Positions 1 through 7,321 of a stretch of DNA of 10,170 bases are shown here, one piece after another (the stretch's first letter is position 1; every line of letters begins with the position of its first letter). This DNA comes from Candidatus Eiseniibacteriota bacterium (lineage in GTDB: Bacteria > Joyebacterota > Joyebacteria > Joyebacterales > Joyebacteraceae), in assembly GCA_043819135.1 (NCBI GenBank), contig JBDRFG010000004.1:1-10170 (forward strand), written 5' to 3'. The notes under the pieces were generated by a model, which made no database searches, was not told the origin of the DNA, and saw nothing but the letters and a program-made list of their open reading frames with translations. A program made the translations under genes and the position numbers.

Positions 1-1008
1 AGCGAGCTTCGCGCCGGGCAAGTAGTCCTTCATCCACTCCTCGGCGAGGAGGGGAGACTTCGCCGGCGACAGCTGCCCGGCGAACATCTGCGCCACGAAC
101 TGCGCGGCCGCGTAGTCCGTGAAGAGCACCGGCCCCGCGTAATCATCGAGCGTCTCGGCCGCGACAAGCGCCTCCAGCTCATTCGCCATCTTGCGCACGT
201 CAGCAGCAAGCTCATCACCCGTCGGCAGCTTGTCACCACCGCGTGTCGAGTATCTCAGGAAGTTGGTCAGGCGCTGGCCGTCCTCGGCCTGCGCCGTCGA
301 CGCGACCTCGATGTCGCTGAACAGCCCGCCCTTCAGGTGACTGCTGCCCTCCGAGTTCAGATACCGCTTGTTGGCTCCCACCCCGGAGAACGTCACCTTC
401 CAGTCCTGAAGTGACGGATACTCCCCGAGCACCTCGGCCGCCGCCCGGACTTCGTCCTCCCAGGCATCGACGTCGACCGCGAGTGTCACCAGCGCCTCCA
501 TGTGCACGAACGGCTCGACCTCGGAGAAATCCGGGATCGCCTCCTTCTGCGGGTGCGTCTGGATGTAGGACTCCTTGCCGGCCAGCTGCTCGAGCGCGTT
601 CTTGTAAGCCTCGTCCGTCGTCAACCAGATGGCGTGACGGAGCGCGTCGTAGTCGTCCTCCTCGACGACGCCAGACCTCTGCCGGTTCAGGTCAGACCAG
701 CCCGCCACGAAGTTGGTGTTGTCGAACGATGGGTCGCCGACGCGGCACTCGACGTAGAGGTAGCGCGCCTTCGTAACGTCAGAGCGCACGAGCGCGCCGT
801 AGCGCGCCTCGACCCGCACGGCGTCCACGTCTTGGAGCCCGTAGGAGAGGAAGTAGGGCGGGTCCATGCCCTCGATGCGGAGGTCCGTCATCGAGCGGTC
901 CATCTCGTCCTGCATCGCGCGGAAGAGCACGTCGTCCTGAGCCGCTACGCCCCCCGCGAACACACAGAGGAGGACGCAGGCTGCTATGGTGCGAAGGGTC
1001 GTTCTCAC
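1..1008 (-). CDS. TldE/PmbA-like (peptidase U62 family) non-catalytic partner subunit with signal peptide; 3' end truncated by the window edge
   Basis: Hand translation: GTG at 1008-1006 overlaps the TGA of the upstream gene (GTGA), with AGGAGG about 6 nt upstream. The frame is open for 336 codons to base 1: MRTTLRTIAACVLLCVFAGGVAA|QDDVLFRAMQDEMDRS...PPYFLSY...RVGDPSFDNTNF...DDYDALRHAIWLTTDEAYKNA...YAGPVLF. It is colinear with the neighbouring TldD-like protein but has AQMFAG (76-93) where that protein has HEIFGH. Confidence 0.88.
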   Translation of the reverse strand, partial: MRTTLRTIAACVLLCVFAGGVAAQDDVLFRAMQDEMDRSMTDLRIEGMDPPYFLSYGLQDVDAVRVEARYGALVRSDVTKARYLYVECRVGDPSFDNTNFVAGWSDLNRQRSGVVEEDDYDALRHAIWLTTDEAYKNALEQLAGKESYIQTHPQKEAIPDFSEVEPFVHMEALVTLAVDVDAWEDEVRAAAEVLGEYPSLQDWKVTFSGVGANKRYLNSEGSSHLKGGLFSDIEVASTAQAEDGQRLTNFLRYSTRGGDKLPTGDELAADVRKMANELEALVAAETLDDYAGPVLFTDYAAAQFVAQMFAGQLSPAKSPLLAEEWMKDYLPGAKLA

Positions 1009-2708
1009 CTGTCACCTCCTATGCTCGGCGGCGGAAGGATGGGCGGCTTGTCCTGTCCCTTGCGGCGCTTCTCGACCTCGATCTCCGTGACGAGGAGGCT
1101 GGGCGAGACCGCGGAGACCGGGCACCAGCCCGACTCGGCGCCGCACGTGCCGTTGAACACCCCGTCGTCGTCGGCCGCCATGACTATCTTGCTGAAGCTC
1201 GTAAGCGGCGTGCCCACGATGTCGACGCCGCGCACGACCTCGTCCGGACTGCCGTCGGCGTAAACGCGCGTCACCAAGAGCGGCAGCACCTTGAACGCCT
1301 GCGGGCCGCCTCGGCCCGTCATCGTGAACCCGCCTGAGATGTCGTCGAAGATGAGGCCGTAGGGCTTGCCCTGGCGCCTGCACTCCTCGATGAGCATCTC
1401 GCGGAGCCGCGCGTAGGGGACCGTCTTCTCGGACTCGATGATGAGATTGCCCTGGCGCGACACCGCGTCATTGCCGTACTCGCGGCGGCCGTGGCCGTTG
1501 CTCCGCGCGAACCCCTCGATGGGGGAGCGGCTCATGAGGAAGTTCCTGAGGATTCCGTTCTCGACGACCGTCACGCGCTCGGCGGGCGTGCCCTCATCAT
1601 CATACTTGTAGTAGCCCCGAAGCTCGGTGCCCTCGAACTCCGCCATCGTCGCGTCGTCGTAGACGCTGATGAACTCGGGGAGGATCTGCTGGTTCACCTT
1701 CTTCGTGAACGTCTGGCCTTCGCTCTCGCTCTTCTGGCGGTGGCCCTCGATGCGGTGCCCGAAGATCTCGTGGAAGAAGACTCCGCTCGCGCGGTTCATG
1801 AGTATCGCCGGGCCGATGTAGGGCTCGACCACGGGCGCGTCCCTGAGTGCAGCAAGCTCCGCGACGAGCCGCTCGGCGTTCGCCGTGATGGTGGCCTCGT
1901 CAGGCAGGTTCGAGGGGACGGTCGCGCTCCAGTATTCCGAGCGCCGTAGGTCCATGCCATCGTCGGCCATGCCGGAAACGGCCAGATGCAGCCGCATGTA
2001 TGTGTTTCCGTGCTGGAGTGCTGCGCCCTCGTTGTTGACCATGTAGCTGTTGCGGTCGGTGAGCGAGATGCCCGCGCTCGAGTTCTGCACGAACTCGCCG
2101 CCAGCGAGGACCTCGCCGACGCGCTTGAGCACGCCTCTCCAGTACCCCTCGTCGACCTCCGTGCGCCTCGGGGGCTCGGAGTAAGTGTGTGCCTCGCCGG
2201 GTGAGAAGTCGTTCGAAAGGTCCTCTTCTTCCACCTTGACCTGGCGGTTGGACTCGACCTTCGTCAGGCGCTCCTGCGCCTTCATGAACTTGTACTCGGT
2301 CTCGTTCCAGAGCGCGGCGCGGACGGCCGCGTCGTTGTCGTCCAGCGGGAAGTCGATGTGGCGCGTCTGCGAGTAGTTGTCGCGCCAGTTCCCTCCGCGG
2401 ATCTCGTGCGTGTTGTCGAGTTCCATGCTGCCGACGCGGAGGTCGACGTCCAGATAGCGGTGGTCGTAGCTCTCTGGCGCGTTGAGCCCGCCGTCGGTGA
2501 CGGCGAGGCTGTACTCGTGTATGTCTGTCACCGAGTACTGCAGGTAGTACATCGGCGCCTCGCTCGCGCCCGCGAAGTTCGCAAGCGAGCGGTCGAGCTC
2601 CTCCCGCATGACGGAGAGAAGGTCGAATGGGGCGTCTGCCGCGTGCGACGGGACTGCAAGCCCCGCAACGATGCAGACGGCCAGCACTAGAAGAGCGGCT
2701 CTGGTCAT
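1005..2708 (-). CDS. tldD: TldD-family zinc metallopeptidase (peptidase U62), catalytic subunit, with signal peptide
   Basis: 567 aa ORF with AAGGAGG RBS. Contains FFHEIFGHRIEG (HExxxH, nt 1755-1772), YDDEGTPA..VVENGILRNFL, SNGHGR, SRQGNL and C-terminal NGTCGAESG..PVS..SP (Cys third Zn ligand). N-terminus MTRAALLVLAVCIVAGLAVPSHA|AD resembles a Sec signal. Confidence 0.92.
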   Translation of the reverse strand: MTRAALLVLAVCIVAGLAVPSHAADAPFDLLSVMREELDRSLANFAGASEAPMYYLQYSVTDIHEYSLAVTDGGLNAPESYDHRYLDVDLRVGSMELDNTHEIRGGNWRDNYSQTRHIDFPLDDNDAAVRAALWNETEYKFMKAQERLTKVESNRQVKVEEEDLSNDFSPGEAHTYSEPPRRTEVDEGYWRGVLKRVGEVLAGGEFVQNSSAGISLTDRNSYMVNNEGAALQHGNTYMRLHLAVSGMADDGMDLRRSEYWSATVPSNLPDEATITANAERLVAELAALRDAPVVEPYIGPAILMNRASGVFFHEIFGHRIEGHRQKSESEGQTFTKKVNQQILPEFISVYDDATMAEFEGTELRGYYKYDDEGTPAERVTVVENGILRNFLMSRSPIEGFARSNGHGRREYGNDAVSRQGNLIIESEKTVPYARLREMLIEECRRQGKPYGLIFDDISGGFTMTGRGGPQAFKVLPLLVTRVYADGSPDEVVRGVDIVGTPLTSFSKIVMAADDDGVFNGTCGAESGWCPVSAVSPSLLVTEIEVEKRRKGQDKPPILPPPSIGGDR

Positions 2709-2759
2709 TGGTCCTCCTTGGCAGAGATGGGCCCGTGTGATTTCGGTGAAGTGACGGCA

Positions 2760-2768
2760 ATCCTAGCA
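2760..2768 (-). promoter_or_regulatory. Putative extended -10 promoter (TGcTAGGAT) for the tldD/tldE-like operon
   Basis: The reverse complement of 2760-2768 reads TG-C-TAGGAT, about 50 nt upstream of the tldD start. Only a weak -35 (CTGCCG) is present. Confidence 0.45.
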
Positions 2769-2817
2769 CAGCACCGGCGTTTCCGGCAGGACATCTCTCG
2801 CCTCGTCACCTTCCGTC

Positions 2818-2826
2818 TGCTATAAT
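2818..2826 (+). promoter_or_regulatory. Extended -10 sigma70-type promoter (TGcTATAAT) for the FG-GAP/HK/RR operon
   Basis: Perfect TGnTATAAT in a very GC-rich intergenic region, 75 nt upstream of the ATG at 2901. No good -35, as expected for extended -10 promoters. Confidence 0.65.
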
Positions 2827-2900
2827 GGTCCCTGACCACTTACTCGGCGAAGACTGGTGCGCGTCCGCGCGCCGTTTCGCATCTCCAGACGGGACCGCGC

Positions 2901-4673
2901 ATGCACCGTCTCAGGCCCATCCGCTGGCTCGCATTCGCACTCTGTCTCGGCGTCGCCATCGCGATCGCCGGGGCCGCCGTACGTCCGGGCCGCGGCCTCG
3001 AGATCGTGGGCGGCTGGGCCACCGACGGCACGTGCTACTTCGACGCCCCCAATCCACCCGCGGGTGACGACTACGAACTCGAGCTGGTCAACGTCTTCCC
3101 GGGACGCAACTCCCCCTATCTCATCGCGGGCTTCGACGAGCATGGGCTGCCCATCATCTCAGTGTCCCACATGACGAACACCAAGCCCGACCGGGCCATC
3201 TCCGCGTGGCTCTTCAACGCGCGCGGCGAGACGCTCGCGGTGCTCGAGGACAGGTGGGCGGTTTGCCCTACCGGCGCCCTCCTGCCCGAGCCCGAGCTCC
3301 TCATCTGGTGGCCGGAGTCCTGGTACAATCGCGTTCACGAGTCGCGCATCGAGGACCACCGCGTCGACCTCTTCCGCTGGAACTACCCCCGCGACTTCAA
3401 GCTGCTGCACACGAACACGTTCCCGCGCGCACTCAGTGCGGCACATCGCGGCGACAGCCTGAACATCTACACGCGACTCCTGGCGGCTGTTCCAGGCGAG
3501 GACGAGCGCCTGAGAGTCCCCGTCGACCCGCTCTACTCGGCGGAGGGCGGCATCACGTTCACCGACGGCAACCGGCGATTCGCTGTCATGAACACGGACG
3601 GCGGCTATCACAACGTCGACAGGTTCTACATGCTGTTCGACCAGCTCGCCCTGTCCGCCGGCAGCGAGTACCCGCTTCTCGGCATCGACGACATAGAGGG
3701 TGGCTACCGCGGCGTCTTCTGCGTCGACCTCGACCGTGGGGAGACGCTCTGGACCGACCGCATGGGCGCGTCGCCCGTGCGCACACACGCCGCTGATCTG
3801 AACGGTGACGGCGTCGACGAACTCATCGTGCAGTGCTACAGCCCCGAGAACGGCGTGAGCGGCGCGGGCACGACCGACGCCGGGAGCTGCTACGCCCTCT
3901 GCCTCGACCAGTCCGGCAACATCCTGTGGAAGAAGCGGTTCGTAGGCGTGCACATCGGCGTGTTAGCCGCCGCAGCCGACGTCACCGGCAACGGTTGCCC
4001 CGAGGTCGTGGCGGTCTGCAGCAGCGGCCAGCACATGGACATGGGCTACGCGTCGGTGCTCTCGCCCGACGGCAGGACGCTCGCCGAGCGCTCCGACCTT
4101 GGCGGGCTCTACGGTATCGCCGTGGCCGACTTCAACGGGGATGGTGCTGCCGAGATCGTTACTGGCGGCCCCGACGGCTCGGTCATCATGCTCGACGGCG
4201 ACCTCGAGGTGCTTGCGGGGTTCAAGGACACGGTCGACTTCACGCGCATCCCGAACTGGTCGCACACTACTATGACGGTCCCGGACATCCGGGCCATCGA
4301 GGTCGAGCAGCTCTATCGACGGGCCATTCCGCTCGCCGCGTTCGACGTGGACGGCGACGGCGACATCGAGACGCTGGCTCTGTCCGTCGCCTGGGCTCAC
4401 ATCCAGTGGAGAGCGCATGCGCGCGCCACGCTGATCCCTCCCAGGGCGGACATCGTCGTCCTCGACAGCGACCTCAGGGAAGAGGCCCGGGTGGTCGTGC
4501 GGCCGGAGGAGTGGGGCCTCGAGCGCGGACCGTTCGATGCGCCGGCCTCCCTCAAGATCGACATCTTTCCCGTCGACATGGACGGTGACGGCGTCAGGGA
4601 AGTGCTTCTGAGCAACGGCGGCCGCGGCCTCTACGTGTTCAAGGTCCAGCCTGCCGGAGGTGAGAAGCGATGA
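2901..4673 (+). CDS. Secreted FG-GAP/VCBS-repeat (Ca2+-binding beta-propeller-like) protein
   Basis: 590 aa. Basic then hydrophobic N-terminus (MHRLRPIRWLAFALCLGVAIAIAGA). Five DxxGDGxxE-type motifs: DLNGDGVDE (3795), DVTGNGCPE (3978), DFNGDGAAE (4128), DVDGDGDIE (4344), DMDGDGVRE (4575). Propeller-like 'G+xLW' motifs (GETLW, GNILW). Its stop overlaps the next start (ATGA). The SD is weak, so the exact start is less certain. Confidence 0.85.
   Translation: MHRLRPIRWLAFALCLGVAIAIAGAAVRPGRGLEIVGGWATDGTCYFDAPNPPAGDDYELELVNVFPGRNSPYLIAGFDEHGLPIISVSHMTNTKPDRAISAWLFNARGETLAVLEDRWAVCPTGALLPEPELLIWWPESWYNRVHESRIEDHRVDLFRWNYPRDFKLLHTNTFPRALSAAHRGDSLNIYTRLLAAVPGEDERLRVPVDPLYSAEGGITFTDGNRRFAVMNTDGGYHNVDRFYMLFDQLALSAGSEYPLLGIDDIEGGYRGVFCVDLDRGETLWTDRMGASPVRTHAADLNGDGVDELIVQCYSPENGVSGAGTTDAGSCYALCLDQSGNILWKKRFVGVHIGVLAAAADVTGNGCPEVVAVCSSGQHMDMGYASVLSPDGRTLAERSDLGGLYGIAVADFNGDGAAEIVTGGPDGSVIMLDGDLEVLAGFKDTVDFTRIPNWSHTTMTVPDIRAIEVEQLYRRAIPLAAFDVDGDGDIETLALSVAWAHIQWRAHARATLIPPRADIVVLDSDLREEARVVVRPEEWGLERGPFDAPASLKIDIFPVDMDGDGVREVLLSNGGRGLYVFKVQPAGGEKR
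3795..4601 (+). repeat. Five protein-level FG-GAP/VCBS Dx[DNT]G[DN]GxxE repeats
   Basis: Motifs at aa ~299, 360, 410, 482 and 559 of the 2901-4673 ORF, spaced 50-77 aa apart. Confidence 0.85.
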
Positions 4674-7321
4674 GGCGGCCGGCGAACTTCGCACTCGCGA
4701 CACTGCTCGCTGCCAGCGCAGCGGCCTTCCTCGTCCCGTGCACTCCGGCCCGCGCCGGTGTGCCCGAGCTGATGGGGCGCGCCTTTCTCCCCACGACGCC
4801 GGACCTTCCCACCTGCGCCTGCGCGGTGCCGCTGCGCGATGGAGACCAACTCGTCGTGGGACTAGCGAACGGTGAGATCGTGTCGTTCCACGAGACCGCG
4901 GGAAGCGTGATCCCGCGGATCATCAGTCTCCCCGGCAGCGGTCCCATCGATGACATCGTCGCCTGCCGCGTCGGCCGCGCCGCCGGCAGCGCCAACGAGT
5001 TCGCGCTGCTCGCGGTCCGGGGTGCCGAGCTCTTCAGTATCGGGTTCAACGACATGACCGTCGCCGGGCGCGTGGCACTCCCGTCGCCCAGCGGACGATA
5101 CAGGTTCGCGAAGGCCACGGGCGACCGGCGTGCCGTCCCGGGCGCGTACGTGACCGGAGGTGTGGACCATCCCGTTCTGTTCGATAACGACTCGGCGATG
5201 CGCATCAACGTCGAGACGCGCACATTGCTCCCCAGGGTCGAGCCTGTGATAGACGGAGTGCCCGGCCTCGCAGTGACCGCTCTCTCAGACAGGGAGACCG
5301 TGGTCGCCGGGTCCCGCATCATCGAGTGCGCCGGCGCCGGGGGCGTAAACACTCAGATCGACGAGCGCACCGACCTCGCCGACGAGACCGCCCGTGTGGT
5401 CATCGGGCGCGTGCTCGACGAGGCCCGGACGCTCGAGCTCAGGGTGACGGACCGGGACTCCCTGTGGGTCTCGCGCACGGTGACCGCTCCAGGCCGGATC
5501 TCCGTTGTCGCATCGATCGCGGACTCGGTGGTCGCGATGGGAGGCACGGTCCCGCTCACGCCCTCCTACGATGTCGGCTGGGTCGCCCTGGTCAATGCCA
5601 GGGGGAAGGTGTTCGCGATGAGCGACCACGCGTCCCCCGTCGCGAACATCACGCGCGTCAGCGACTTCATCGCAGTACAGGGCGACGGGCGGAACCTCTC
5701 CCTCTACGACATGGCCCTTAGGCCCCTGTGGGACCACGACTCGCCTGTCACGGGGGTAGTGCTTCTCTCCGGCGACTTCGCTGGGGGAGAGGCGGCGGAC
5801 CTTGCGGTGGTCGGTACGCGGACCTACCGCGTGGGCACCGCCGATGCTGATTCCATCCGCAGGTGCCTGGACATGCCCGGCTTCATGGCGGGCGCAGCGC
5901 CCACTGACGGTGGCTACGAGCTCAAGCGCTCGTTCATCACCTTCTACGTCAGCAACGAGGAGAGGTTGGGACGCATGCTTGCCGACGGCTCCCGTGCCGC
6001 CGCGGACGCCTTCGCTTCGGGAGAGGTCGACCAGGCGATCGAGCACGCGACCACGGCGCGGGCAGCAGCAGCGGCGCTCGGCGACCGCGGGAAGCTCATC
6101 GAGCTGTCCTCGCGGCTCCGCGACTTCGTGCTGTTCGCCGGCCGACGCAGGTCGCTACTGCTCGCTGCGTTCGTGCTGGCGGCGATGGGAATGTGGGTCG
6201 CCGTCGAGTGCGCGCGCAGGACCGCGGGTCTGGTGGTGTCCGGCGCAGGTGCCATCCTGCTCTTCGTGTCCGGCGCGTGGGCCTGGAAGCTCATCGGCAA
6301 CACGGGGCTGAACCCGTCCCTCTTCGCGGGAGGCGCGCTCGCCGCGTTCGCCGTCGTGCGCGCGCAGGTCGCCGGGAAGCCTCCGCGGCCGGTCGCGGGT
6401 TCCGCCATCGAGGACCTCATCCGCGCGCTCATGGAATTTCTGCACGGGGCGGGCGAGGGCGTGCCCAGCGACGGCGTCGTCGACGCGGCGCGCAAGAGTG
6501 TGACCAAGGTCGCGTATCTCGCTCAGGAGATGGTGGATAGCCTGGACGACGAAGAGAGATACGCGATGCTCAGAGGGCGGCTCCGGTCGCGCGGGGACGA
6601 CTTCGTGGACACGACTTACCCGCGCGTCGCGGTGGTGCTCTCCCTCGCGAAGAGCGCCGGGTTCATCGTTCACGAGGCCGGGCGGATGTCGCGCGCGGCC
6701 GAGCGGATGAGGACCGCGATAACGACTATTCTGAGCGACGCGCCGGTGAAGCCTCCAGTGCTCAAGCAGCAGCTCCTGGTTATCAGGGAGGGACGGGACC
6801 AGCTGGCCACCGCCGCCGACAGGGCATGGGCGCTCGTGCAGGCCAACCCCGGGTGCTCGCTCACGCGGTCGATCGACCGCATACTCAGCGAAAAGCGAGA
6901 GGACCTTGCCGAGGCCGGTGTCCGCGTCAAGCGCACCCGCGGGGTGCCGCCCGAGCGCGACGCCATAGCTCTCTGGTCGTTCGAGTTCCGGTTCATACTG
7001 GAGAATCTCGTGACGAACGCCATCCGTGCCATGCGGTCATCGAAGGAGCGCGTATTCACCATCGAGACCGCGACCGGCGGCACTATGTGCTCCGTCCGTA
7101 TCAGCGACACGGGCGCCGGAGTGGACGAGACGACCGCCCGCAGGATCTTCGAAGCGAAGGACGACGAACGCGACGGAGGGTTCGGCATGCCGAACTCCCG
7201 CCTGCGACTGCAGGAGCACGGAGGGGACCTCATCATAGAACGCACCGCCCCCGGGGAGGGTATGACATTCCTCCTGACCATCCCACACTGGATACCCAAC
7301 ACTGGAGAATCGGATGTCTGA
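4670..7321 (+). CDS. Membrane-bound sensor histidine kinase: signal peptide, ~460 aa extracytoplasmic region, 3 TM helices, atypical DHp, HATPase_c
   Basis: 883 aa with GGAGG RBS and ATGA overlap. HATPase boxes: N (ILENLVTNAIRAM), G1 (ISDTGAGV), F (RIFE), G2 (GGFGM), G3 (PGEGMTFLLTIP). Three hydrophobic segments at about 6155-6360. Overlaps the response-regulator gene by 8 nt. Confidence 0.88.
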   Translation: MRRPANFALATLLAASAAAFLVPCTPARAGVPELMGRAFLPTTPDLPTCACAVPLRDGDQLVVGLANGEIVSFHETAGSVIPRIISLPGSGPIDDIVACRVGRAAGSANEFALLAVRGAELFSIGFNDMTVAGRVALPSPSGRYRFAKATGDRRAVPGAYVTGGVDHPVLFDNDSAMRINVETRTLLPRVEPVIDGVPGLAVTALSDRETVVAGSRIIECAGAGGVNTQIDERTDLADETARVVIGRVLDEARTLELRVTDRDSLWVSRTVTAPGRISVVASIADSVVAMGGTVPLTPSYDVGWVALVNARGKVFAMSDHASPVANITRVSDFIAVQGDGRNLSLYDMALRPLWDHDSPVTGVVLLSGDFAGGEAADLAVVGTRTYRVGTADADSIRRCLDMPGFMAGAAPTDGGYELKRSFITFYVSNEERLGRMLADGSRAAADAFASGEVDQAIEHATTARAAAAALGDRGKLIELSSRLRDFVLFAGRRRSLLLAAFVLAAMGMWVAVECARRTAGLVVSGAGAILLFVSGAWAWKLIGNTGLNPSLFAGGALAAFAVVRAQVAGKPPRPVAGSAIEDLIRALMEFLHGAGEGVPSDGVVDAARKSVTKVAYLAQEMVDSLDDEERYAMLRGRLRSRGDDFVDTTYPRVAVVLSLAKSAGFIVHEAGRMSRAAERMRTAITTILSDAPVKPPVLKQQLLVIREGRDQLATAADRAWALVQANPGCSLTRSIDRILSEKREDLAEAGVRVKRTRGVPPERDAIALWSFEFRFILENLVTNAIRAMRSSKERVFTIETATGGTMCSVRISDTGAGVDETTARRIFEAKDDERDGGFGMPNSRLRLQEHGGDLIIERTAPGEGMTFLLTIPHWIPNTGESDV

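Noticed and set aside
30..2769. Many short or medium alternative ORFs over the tld genes (e.g. 502-1263 +, 1900-2769 -)
   Set aside because: The region is fully explained by the two TldD/PmbA-family frames, and the alternatives have non-protein-like composition.
2719..2870. Sigma54-like TGG..GC motifs in the divergent intergenic region (about 2719-2732 and 2855-2870)
   Set aside because: GG-to-GC spacing is not the strict 10 nt.
4670..4756. Tat signal (MRRPANF) or lipobox (FLVPC) in the kinase N-terminus
   Set aside because: Neither fits consensus (S/T-R-R-x-F-L-K; L-A/S-A/G-C). An ordinary Sec signal cleaved at ARA|G fits better.
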